A stretch of 63,536 nt of DNA, filler included, from Dimorphilus gyrociliatus (lineage: Eukaryota; Animalia; Annelida), in the NCBI GenBank assembly GCA_904063045.1. It is 5 parts of 5 records of this genome, joined end to end, with 100 filler letters (N's around TTAATTAATTAA, not from the genome) between each part and the next. Parts side by side here need not be neighbours in the genome. Positions count along the whole stretch, not along the records: positions 16,845 to 33,231 come from CAJFCJ010000177.1; positions 33,332 to 48,306 come from CAJFCJ010000050.1; 3 more parts are not named here. One strand, given 5' to 3'. A program made the translations under genes and the position numbers. Numbering within the stretch: the stretch's first letter is position 1; every line of letters begins with the position of its first letter. Positions 26,221 to 37,700 of the stretch are shown in pieces. Under the pieces are notes generated by a model that ran no database searches, was not told where the DNA came from, and was given only the letters and a program-made list of their open reading frames with translations.

Positions 26221-27210
26221 AAACATTTCTTAGAACTGATAAATCTAAATGTTCACCTTAGAATTTTTCAAGGTTTTCTCCAATTTTTCACACGATTACT
26301 TGACTATTTTCTGAACTATATTTATAAATTATGCGTCTTGTAGTTTGTTGTTGCTTTGTGTCAATCTCAATAAGAAATAAATATTCTTTTTTTTTGGATA
26401 TTAGCCAAGTTCCCAGTTTTAGTTATGCTTATAGTTTTATGGAGTTTGTAAACCAGGAATGGATTTTGAATTATTGATATGTGAAAGTGTATGTTTTTCC
26501 TATTTGTAATTAATAGAGGGAGCTAGTGGTTTTCTGTTGAAACTGTTATATTTTCTATTGTTAAACTTTTATGTAACTTATAGTAATGCTCTGTAAAATA
26601 TACTTAAGAAAATTTGGTCAAGATATTTCCGCTTCTTTTTCAAATTAAGACTTTATTCAGTATTATTCAGAGTAGAACAGTTACCCGTCTATTTTACACA
26701 AACTGCACTGGCCAAAACTAGGTCAACAATTTTCATATCAATACGGCAAAGAGGCACTGCTTAATACTAATTCAATACTATTTGTTTATAGTAGGACTAA
26801 TTTGTCGAACGTATTCGCGTACATTGTTCGTATTCTGTTCCATTCTCAAATTTATTTGTCAATGTTAGCAGTTGAATTTAGACGTTCAAAATCAATTTGT
26901 TGTTATTGGTTGCTCTGGCAACCATGCTTATTCTATTTTTAGATTTTTAGTGAAATAAACTATCAACCGCAATTTTTTTAGAAGTTGATAGTTGTAAAAT
27001 TTCAATGTTTACAAAAGCCAAAGCAACAATAGAAGACATGGAAAGTAGTTTTTAAAAATTTGGCATTAATAGAAATATATGTAAATAAGAAAGATGTCTG
27101 CTTAAAGCATGATATACTAAGTAGTATTAGATATTGTTGAAAATGCCCACTGGATTTTAGGTGACGAGTCTTATAAGAGACTCTGAGAGATGTGCATAAC
27201 ATTAACACAT

Positions 27211-28809
27211 TTATACATGATAAATTGCGGAACATTTTTCCAAAAGTTCACTACCGCAAATATCACCATTCTGAAATTGATCCCAAAGTTCATAAATATT
27301 CTTTTGAATGTTAATATAGATATTTTTCTGCAATTTACAAATCTTTTTCTCTGAGAGTACCTTTTGATAAACATCATTTAAATCGATTTCTCTCTTTAAT
27401 TCATCTATAGTGCAGTAAAATGAAGAATTTTCTAGTAAATATCTATTGAATATGTTATGGAATCCTTCAAAGTCATTATTTGTTTGAATAACTCTGTTAA
27501 AAACAGACCAATTGTTCGGTGACCAGAGTTTATTATCCATCCACGTTTCTTCCATATAATTAATAAAATCGTGTAATTTATTAATCTCTGCTAAATTTCC
27601 TTTTATCTTTTTAAAGTAATGCTTTATGATATTACCGGGAAGAAATGGAAGAGCTAATATCATCCTCATTGCATGACACTCTCCTGTTTTGTTTTTATAG
27701 TCAATACTATAGCCAAGTTCCTAAGGTGTTTTTTTTTTCAAAATTAAAGATTTTAAAATTTTACTTAAGAGTAATACCTTGATTTTCTTAAATACGGCCT
27801 GAGACCAATGAAATAAACATCCACTTATTTCTGCATTTACCCAAACATTTGAAATTGCTTTCCACACTGCCTTTTCATAATCAATTACAAATCTTTTTGG
27901 CTGATAATTATTTGTCATTTCACAAATTGCCTGGAAAATTTCAAAAAATATTTTAGGATGATATAATAGAAAAACTTTTGCTCTTACTTGAAACAGCAGT
28001 TCGTATGCTTTTCTCTTTTTTGAAGACATAAATACAATCAACAGTGGTATTCGCTTCAATTCATCGTTTTTTTTCAGAAATCCATATATAGAAAAAATTT
28101 GTATAAAAGGATTAGAGGTATGACTGAAAGTGCCATCAAAAAACCATGTTTTTGTTGAACAAAGAAGTTCAATTTGCTTGTTTGTTGCAAATATTAACAT
28201 ACGAAAGCCATTTTTATTAATATCTTTTCTTAAAAATCTATCAGGTAGGAGAGTTTGATTTAGGATAAAGTTAATACTATCTGGTTCTCTTTGACAATTT
28301 TTTCTCTTGTGATAATTGACAACTTGTATACAAGATGTTATTTTTGGTAAATTTTCAGCATCTGGGTGATCTTTCAAAACCTCTTCTGCAATTCTTCTTC
28401 CGCTTAATGTCAGACTTTCTTTACTTTTTATTTTTAAATCATTTCTTATCAACAGCTTCTTCTTGTTATCCTTATTTCCCATATGTATGTGCGCTCGTTT
28501 ACCTAATGTAAAAGACGTTCCATTTTGATTGACACTAGCAGGACATCTTTGGCTTTTATTTCTTCTGCTGCAAATCCATACAGTTCTCTTCTTAGTTTTT
28601 AATTTAATGTTAAAAGAAAAGCCATTATAAATTAATAAATCCTTTCCTTTTTGGCTTCCATTTTCTACAATTTGAAATTTAGATGAATCGCAAAATTGAA
28701 TATCAGATGATTCTTTTTCACATGAGATTTTTTCTCTATCCGTTTTTTTAAAATGGGGATTACTGCCAGTACTTGATTTTGTGCCAATTAAACTGTTGTC
28801 AGTATCCAT
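27211..28809 (-). CDS. MULE transposase with FLYWCH-like domain, intact when spliced (494 aa, 3 exons)
   Basis: Introns 27931-27987 and 27721-27777 (57 nt each, phase 0). Motifs: LIYNGF..WIC..C..H.H, WFFDGTF, IDYE, GCLFHWSQAV, LALPFLP and TNNDFEGFH. Confidence 0.85.
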
Positions 28810-29955
28810 CTTTTCTTCATCATATAAATCGAGAATTATTTTATCTCTTAATCAGATTAATAATCTTTAAATTAATTACAAAAAATTACAAAAATAAAAA
28901 TTAGATCTTCTCGCTTTCTGAGCGATATTTAGAGCGGAAGTAGAATTATAAATGGCGCATATTAATATAAATATTAAAGAATAATATTTAGAATAATATT
29001 AACATTAACATTAATTCTATTATAATCAGTAGCTAGAACATAAGTTTTCAATTGTTTATTAGTATCAGTGGGTGTTTTCAATAGTGGGCGTTTCCATAAC
29101 CCCTCCTTTATATTGATAGTAGCATATTGAGCCTGAATGATTTTTGTCTGTTCAACATTACTATCAATTTCTATGATAATTTTGTTTAAGCTGAATTTTA
29201 TTGGTTGAATTTTAATTAATATTATCAATAAGAGCTTCTCAAGTATCCTCCTAGTTTAATACATTCGATGGTTTTGCCACAACTTTCCAAGGTGAGATAG
29301 GGACAAGGAGGTGTTGCCCTTTCTTTGGATTAAATATGATAACTGAATCCAGTGCTCTACAGAATTTTTATTTTATAGAACAGTCTTCCGTATATTCTGG
29401 ATTTGTAGTTATTTTGTCTTGGCTAGGTTGCCAATAAGCTTTACCAATTTGTAATATTGTTGTAAATTCTTCAATAACTGTTGTTCTTGGCCAGTTGTAG
29501 TATGGTCCTTTGTTTTCATCATACACCAGAAGTTTTCCTTTCTGGATAAGTTTTTGTCAATTAAGAGTTTTCTATATTGCTTTTCAATGAAGGTGAGTTT
29601 TGGTTTTTTAATTCTGTGCTTCTTTGCTCCAAAGAAGAAATGTGTGTGCAAATTGATTCTTCTTTTTACCTTACACTTAAGTGCTTAAATTATCAGTTTT
29701 TCAGCTATGATTTCATAAGGTTTACATACTCTTTTAAGTGTTCATAGTTCACAAATTTCAATGTTAACATAAACAAAAGTAACATTTTAAGACAAAGAAA
29801 AGTTCTAAATATGCTCATGTTTTTGTTCTTTTCTTCTAAGAATTTCGAAGGTCTTGTCAGCGCAGCTCAATATGGTTTCAATACTACTTATCTAGTGTAG
29901 AATATTGCTGACGAATGTATATGTGCAGTTTTTCTAAAAACTTTATGTTGATTAT

Positions 29956-31060
29956 TTAAAACCAGAATTTTTGTATAGATTGAATACCCATTTCAAAAAT
30001 TTCTTTCAATTTAGGTAAAGATTGACGTTTGGTCATTGTTAGTGTATAAGGGTCAAGCGCATTTCTCTTTAACAATCCCCAATAGCTTGCAAAACTTTGC
30101 AAAAATCTTGCCAATACACAATAGATTAAGGCTTTCTTTTCAATTTCCTCTAATCTACGTTTTGATTGATATCCATCAATGACACTTTTACCAATTTTTA
30201 ACCAATCACCTATATCTTCTCTTTTACAATCTACCATTAAATAGAAAATACATATTGCTAAATCAAAGACCAATGCACTTTCTGTAGAATCTCCAAAATC
30301 AATTATTCCAACTATTTCATCATTTTCGCAAAGGACATTATGATCATTGAAATCTCCGTGTATCATTCCATGCGGTAATTGATCTTTAATGGACAAAACA
30401 TTTTCATAGAACATATCTAGTACAGATTGTAAAATGTTCTTTTCTTCTAAATCGTCAACGCAATCGAGATAAGAACTCCAATAAGAAATGTTTGAAAATA
30501 GCCATACAGAATCGCTACTTTCCATTCCTTTATGCCTTAAATTGGCTAATGATAAATGTAAATTTGACATAAAAACACCGCAATTATAGGCCAATTTTTC
30601 AGTATAGGCAGAATTTTCCATTAAATTTCCAACAATATATTTAAGTAAATAAATAGCATGAAATCTTCCTTTGATTTTCTTTGAACTATAGTAAACACCA
30701 GTTTTCTGTGCAACTGGTTCCGGAACGTTTATTCCATTCTTTAGAAGCTCATTCATCATTGCATGTTCGCCATCTAAATATAGATTATTAATAAAAATCA
30801 TAGTTTTATTAAATATTCTCACCGATATGATCAAAATTTTTAGAATTCATTGTGTTCATTATTTTCAGAACGTAACCATCTTTATTAAAACAAGTTATAC
30901 CACTCTCTTTCGTGATTTTACCATCAGAAACACGAAAATTGCAATCATCGTAACTGCTTACTGAATTCAATTTTGAATCAACAATTCCATACAATTCTTT
31001 CAATATTTCGCTAGCCTCTTCAACTGTTATTACAGGTTTGAAATATTCAATTTCACTCAT
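29956..31060 (-). CDS. HYKK: Hydroxylysine kinase (APH/choline-kinase family), 2 exons
   Basis: Intron 30774-30822 joins the two ORFs. Motifs: SYDDCNF, YVLKIMN, IHGDFNDHNVL, IIDFGD and FDLAI. Confidence 0.85.
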
Positions 31061-32189
31061 TTTAATATTATTAAAATTAAAATCAGGCTAAAACGCAATG
31101 TTGCACGATTAAAAAAAGGCACTCTGGCCTGGTGAAACACTCCCTACAATGTATACATTATCTATGAACTTTGTACGCACTAACTAGGTCTGTTTATACT
31201 CAAAGCCAATTGATTGTTGTATACTTTTAGCCTATTTTTTTCTTTATTATAACTTTTTATTTATATCAATGATAAATTAACTTTATTTCACCTGAAATCC
31301 AGCAACAAACGACTTCTTTTGATCACATGACATATTTTGGTAAAATTTGTCATGGATAATAAATTATATTAACCTTTTGTTGCATGGTTATTTTATTCAA
31401 TTGAGTGACATTGCAATTGAGCTATCTAGATTCCATTAAAGTCTTTTATTTTAAAACGTCATAACATTGCTTTTGCGAAAAATGTTTGACATAAGAAGAC
31501 AAACAAACTTTTATGAGAGACACCTCACAGAATTGACTTTGGAAGAAATGCTTGCCATGGGAAGACAACCAAACTTTAATAACAAATGTCTTATATGTTT
31601 TATATTAAGAAATTCAAGAAAAGTATTAGGATGAGAAAAAGAAGAGGAGACATTTAAATGTTAAATGGAATGTTTAAATGGTACATGTTTGAGGGAAATT
31701 GCAAACAATATGTTAAAACATTGTTCATTGCTAAAAAGCAATAAAGAAATCAAACTTCCTAAAAGCATCATTAAACTGATTGTTACAAATTTGAATAGAA
31801 AATTGAACAGATAAGCCATTTTTATTAAATATCAATCTAGCCTCATTTGTAAAAATACCTCTAGACCAATCTAGATTTTTGCTAATCGTTTTGAGACAAT
31901 ATTTGTTCTTTGCCTGATTCTTTTGTATTTAAAGTTTTGTCTTTTCAGCTCCCTCTGAACTGTTCTGAGGCTTACATCTACTTCTAATTTCTTTAATGTC
32001 TTTTATGCTGTCACTCTTTTCTTGTTATCTTTCAGTTTCTTCACAATCCTTATCAATCAATGAATTGGAATCTTTAAAATGGGCATTAGAAAAAGAGTTT
32101 AGCTGAATTATTAGCATGAATGTTTAATATGTGCTCATCATTACAAAATGTTCGTTTGTCCATTAATTACGACATGGGAAAAAAATTCA

Positions 32190-32710
32190 AAATGATATGT
32201 GAGTGACTCAAATTGTCCTCAAAAACATTTATTCCTCGATTCAAACAAGGAAAATGGATTCAAAATCATATGTGATGGACTGAAATTTTCTTCAAACACC
32301 TTAAAAAATCGCTGTTCGAGTGGTAAACAAGCTAAATATTTAGGAGAAATCTTTCAACAGTGTTCATCATTAGAAAATATTGATTTATCACAGAATTAAG
32401 GTATGAGAAATGGATTTGAAATGATATGTAAGGGACTGAAACCTCTTTCAAACACCTTAAAAAAGATTGATCTTCAATGGTGTGATTTAAATGATGAAGA
32501 AGCTAAATCTTTAGAAGTCTTCAAACAGTGTAATTCTAATGTATTCCGCAATTGAGACAGGAGAAATAGATTCAAAGTGATAAGTGGTGGACTCAAATCT
32601 TCTTCAAACATCCTAAAAAATAGAAATATTTCAATGTGCTCCTTATATGGTGCCTTAGCTGAATCACTAGGAAAAACGTTTCACATTGTTCGTCATTAAA
32701 AAACGATGAC
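32190..32710 (+). pseudogene. Degenerate RI-like LRR fragment of the same family as the NLR
   Basis: GFKIICDGLKFSSNTLK, LGEIFQQCSSLENIDLSQN* and GFEMICKGLK, with stops and frameshifts. Confidence 0.75.
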
Positions 32711-33231
32711 TTTTCTGACAGTGACAATATTGGATTTACTAGTAATAATGGAACTTTGGAAAGACTTTTTTTTCTTAGGAAATAAAAGTCTTTAGCCAAA
32801 ATGTATGATGCCGCATTTGAAGGTCAATTTGAAGGTCAATTCTCTGACCTTTTAACCTTTCCAGTTCATTACACTGACTTGAACAACAATTAAAGCATAT
32901 AGATAATATTGGTAAAACAACAACATATATTGTCAGTATAGTATAAATAAATGTAGATAGATTTTTTCTATAAGTTAAAAGTAAGACAGAGCATTCGTGA
33001 AAGTTGTTTTTTAAATTATTCTAAAAAATCATCGGTTGGGGAAAGGGCGTTTACTCTCATTTAAAATGTAATACCTTAAACGGTAATAGTAGGACCGCAT
33101 TTAATATTACAGACATAAAAAATGTAAGAAAATCTGTTACTTGAAGTTGTCTTATAGAATTTTTAACTATATTATATTTGTTCAACAATTTTAAAATATA
33201 ATATCTAAAATTTAAAAGTTGTGCAAGAAGT

Positions 33232-33331
33232 NNNNNNNNNNNNNNNNNNNNNNNNNNNNNNNNNNNNNNNNNNNNTTAATTAATTAANNNNNNNNNNNNN
33301 NNNNNNNNNNNNNNNNNNNNNNNNNNNNNNN
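33232..33331. other. Artificial contig spacer
   Basis: 44 N + TTAATTAATTAA + 44 N. Confidence 0.98.
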
Positions 33332-33582
33332 TTTTTACTTTTTACAGGTTTTGCTCAATATTATTTTTTATTTTAATTCTAAGTGGTAACTGAGTATTGG
33401 TATTGTTAGCATTGTTAGACTATGAGAGTTTTTACTTACTTTGATTGTTCTGTGATTTTTTAAAATTATTAGAGTCCTATGATTGAAGATTGTTGTTTTG
33501 ATTGGCTTGTAGTCTTTTTCTTTTCCTTCCAGTTCTTTGGATGTTTTGTTGGTTGAGAATGGTTTGAGCCTGTACGATAATT

Positions 33583-34542
33583 TCATTCATAATTATTGTT
33601 AACAGCATTCCTTAAAGGTGATAATTTAGTTGGAGGTATTCTTGCATGGAATGGGTCTCCTTTTATCATTTGGTTAACATTGATAATATTTGTAAACATT
33701 TTCTGAAGGATATGTTGGAATGTGTTGTTGATTGGAGATTTCTGAAGCTGATATTTTTGAACCAACATGATATGTTTTGTTATTGAGTTATTTTCTGATA
33801 TCAGGTAGAAGTGTTTATCAGTGTCATGTTCTTCTTGAAATGGAACATTTAAACAAACTACCTTTGCTTTTAACTTCCAGTTTAAAAGTATTTCTTTACA
33901 GTTGGCAAATGACAATTCTTTAATATTCAAAATGATTATATTTCCTTGAAATCTGATGTTGTTCTGAACAAGTCTAACATTATTCAAATCAACATCTCCC
34001 AAACTATGATCACTTAAGATTAGCAAATCCAAGACATCTGGAAAGTTGATTGCTGGTTGTTGTATTTTAAAAGAATTTATAGCTTCATCTTCACTCAAAT
34101 TTATTCCAATTCTGTGGAGTTGCTGTATAATATTTTCTCTGATGTCAATTGTTTTCCTGTTTAATTTGAAAGAATTTTCAAGTTTGACAGTGTTGTCTGT
34201 TTTGTTCAGATGCTCATAGATTAAGTTAACAAGATGTTCTGTGTTAATAAATCTTTTCTGTTCATTATGTTCAACTAGCCATAATTCCTTGTTACAAAAT
34301 TCTTTGAATTGTGACATTTTGGTAAGAAGAGCTTTTTCATGTTCCTTCTCATTGTATAGTGGAGGTTGGATGGCTTTATTTCTCATATACTTTTTTATGC
34401 AATTGTAATACAATTGAAAGTTGAAAAAGTCTTGAAATGAAGAAGGAAGAAAATGATCAACATTGATGTTATTTGCAATCACATTTTTTGAGTTTTCAAT
34501 GATCACTTTAGTATTTGTATTAATTGGATTACTTGAAGCCAT
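33583..34542 (-). CDS. 319-aa accessory ORF (ORF2) downstream of the Penelope-like RT; degenerate SGNH-like domain
   Basis: Intact ATG-initiated ORF. DLLILSDHSLGDV and IKELSFANCKEILLNWKLKAKVVCLN align by eye to DVLMICDSSFRDV and INKLTFEDILPILSNWDIECKYLCIH in ORF1. Confidence 0.6.
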   Translation of the reverse strand: MASSNPINTNTKVIIENSKNVIANNINVDHFLPSSFQDFFNFQLYYNCIKKYMRNKAIQPPLYNEKEHEKALLTKMSQFKEFCNKELWLVEHNEQKRFINTEHLVNLIYEHLNKTDNTVKLENSFKLNRKTIDIRENIIQQLHRIGINLSEDEAINSFKIQQPAINFPDVLDLLILSDHSLGDVDLNNVRLVQNNIRFQGNIIILNIKELSFANCKEILLNWKLKAKVVCLNVPFQEEHDTDKHFYLISENNSITKHIMLVQKYQLQKSPINNTFQHILQKMFTNIINVNQMIKGDPFHARIPPTKLSPLRNAVNNNYE

Positions 34543-34758
34543 TGGTATAAACCTATTTTAAATGAAGCAAACTGGTTAATGAAATGTATTTTTTCAAAAA
34601 TGTGTTCTATATATATATTGGGATAAATGTATACTTTGTGGAAGTTCTACACATACTGCCTACAACTTTTACAAAATGTTTTAACTATTTCTACAATTTA
34701 CCATAAGGTAACTTTAACAAATTCTATGTTCTACAAGAAACTAATATTAAGTTTTTGT

Positions 34759-37700
34759 TTAATTTTTTGCTATCTTCTTAATTCTTCTTCCAGTTCTTTT
34801 AATTACAGGTGGATCACTTGTTTTTCCACAACTCCCTTCATTGTGCTCATTGGATTTAAACTTTCTGGTGATTGTTTCATCCAATTTTGGCTTCTTATCT
34901 GGAATGCAAGAAGGTTCTTTTTGACAAGTTGTCCTCTTGTAGAAGTTCTTGATTGTTGGCAATTTGGCTTTTTCTAATAAAGATGTTTCAGTACTTGTAT
35001 CATGTGAGCTATTGTTCTTGGAGCAAGCAAAAGAAGTGGATTCAATTTGTTGCTGTTGATAGCTTGTATTAGTATTTATTAGTTTTACATATATATTTGT
35101 GTTGTTGGTATAAGCAAATATCAAATGAAGGTTTTTCAAAGTGGGATTTTCTATTCTAAATTTACAATAACATTTATGAATTTTTTTAATCAATGGCTGT
35201 AGTTGGTTTCCAAAAGGTATAATGAATGGTAATTTTGTTGAATTTTGGCAAGAAGTGAATTTTGCCAAACCAAAAGGATGAAACATGATATATTTTGTAT
35301 TTAATATATAAACATGTTTACAGACTTCAATTGGAGACATTTCTTTTTGTATTTGTTCATATGGAAATATTGTAATATTTTGTTGATTTTCATTAAAATG
35401 ACCATGTTCAATAAAATTCTCCACTAGTTCATCATTTTTAATTTTCAAGTACTGTCTTGACAGTAAATAATCAAGTGTTTCAAAAATATTCACATCTGTG
35501 TACTTTTGGAAAATGGAAAAAAACATTAACTGTCCACACTCTTTACATTGAAGGAGGTAAATCTGGGGTTTTTCAGCCAAAAAATTAATATAACCATTTC
35601 TATAAAGGAATTGTAATTTAAGAGGATGATATATTTTGCTTGAGATGTTGAAAAAGATTTTCATCTTCACAGGTATGTCATTGTTTTTTTCACATATTTC
35701 TTTTAATTCTCTCTGGCAGTGCTCTCTATACAAATCATCTTTCAGTACAGATTTTATTGCTTTTCTTATTTCTTTTAGGTGATAGCCTTGCTGTAAGAGT
35801 GGATGGATAACAGTTTGACAGGTTAGATAAAAAATAACATTGGAGGAACTATTTTTAAAAAGTCTTTGAAATTGAGCTTTCAACAATCCTTTAAAAGTGT
35901 GCTTTGGATGAAGAGAATTTCGATGTAACTGGTGAAATGTTTCACATTTTTTGAAGTATGTTATATGATCCAAATGATTGGAAGACAGAAATCTTGTTCC
36001 TTTAAAGAGAACCAAATCAAGAAAGTTGACTGAAGTTGAGCTAATTTTTTCCTTGAATTTCAGATTCTTTAAAATACTGTTGGCTTTTCTAAGATAATTA
36101 ACAAATTTTTCAACTCCTTCAGTCCAAATCAGAAAGATATCATCTAAATATCTTTTATAGAAAAATGGCTTTGGTTTTATATTAAAAAGAAAAACTTCTT
36201 CAATCCAAGCCATCCATAAATTAGCATATGCTGGAGCATAACTCTGACCCATAGCACATCCAAATTTTTGAAGAAATATTTTGTTTAAAAATTTAAAATG
36301 ATTCTTGTGCAAATTATACTGGAGAAGTTCTATTAGAAAGTCATCAGGTCTATTGTTTGAAGGGTACTTTTGAAAAAAGTATTTGACAGCTTTCAGACCA
36401 GTATATGTATCAATATTTGTGTACATATTTTTAACATCAAGTGTTATAAGAAGAGCATCAGAGGGAATGTTAATTCTACTTAGTTGATTTAAAAAATTTT
36501 GAGAGTTGTCAATATAGGAAGCATGTAATGTACTAATTGGTTTCAAGTAGTGTGATAGAAATCTTGATATTTCATAGGATTCAGTTCTCAAGTTGCTTAC
36601 AACAGGTCTACCTTTAGGTATTTTTCCATTTATAAGCCATTCATCTCTTTCTTTGTGAATCTTTGGCAATCCATAAAATATCCTATGCTTGATTAAATTT
36701 TGTTTCATACAAACAGAGTCTAACAGTTCTTGATATTCATCATCATTAAGCATAACTTTGAATCTTTTTATCAAGTTTTTATAATAAGTAATAGACTGTT
36801 TTAAAAAGCTATCATTTTCTGTTGTTTGGTTACATGATATTGTTGATAGGACAGAATACTGTTTTGAGTCTGAAAGAAGCTGTTCACACATAGTGACATA
36901 ATCATCAGTGTTTTGTATAACAATGCAAGATCCTTTATCAGCTGGCTTAATAACAATATCTAGTGAGAGAAATTTTGAAAGAGAAGAGAAAAATGTCTTA
37001 TCAAACATTTGCAGTTTACCATTATTTTCTTTGAAAATATGTTTCTTTATAGCAGATTTACATTCTTTAAAAAGTTTCATTAATGTATCATTGTCATCAT
37101 CATCATTTTCAACAATAACTGGATTACAATACTCTTTAGGGTGCATGGGTTTCCATTTGTGATTGATGAATCTGAGACTTGATGAATTTGAATTAACACT
37201 TTGCTTTTTCAAAAATGATATTTTTTTGTAAAATTTTTCTAAATTCAATAAAGCTTGTTCTCTCCATTGCTTTTCTTTGATGAGTTGATAAACAAATTTT
37301 AAGCCAAGATTTAAGAAATTATTAACATCATGGGGTATTTGATATTTGCTTAAGTTAACAACATATTGTGTATTTAATTCATTTGGAATAGAAAAAAGGG
37401 ACACAATTATTACCTGATTATTAACTTCATCCTTGCTGATTTCTGATCCTACCAATGTCTTTTCTTTGTCATGTTTAATAATTTTCTCAAGGGACTTGAA
37501 TATAACATCAATGGAAAATTCTTGAGCTTTTTTGGTGAGGTGCTTTGATTTGGAGTTTCCTGTTGGGTTATTGAGATATCCAAGATTTTTCATGTTGGAG
37601 AAGTCTAATATTGTTGCATTCTGTGAGGTAGCCTGTTTAAATTCTTTGATTGGAGAAAATTCTCTCTTTGTGCCAAATGGGATGGCAAGGATAACATTTT

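Noticed and set aside
28974-29651. Short minus-strand ORFs with GPY-like and PW-like words suggesting an integrase
   Set aside because: The motifs are too short and no catalytic triad was seen.
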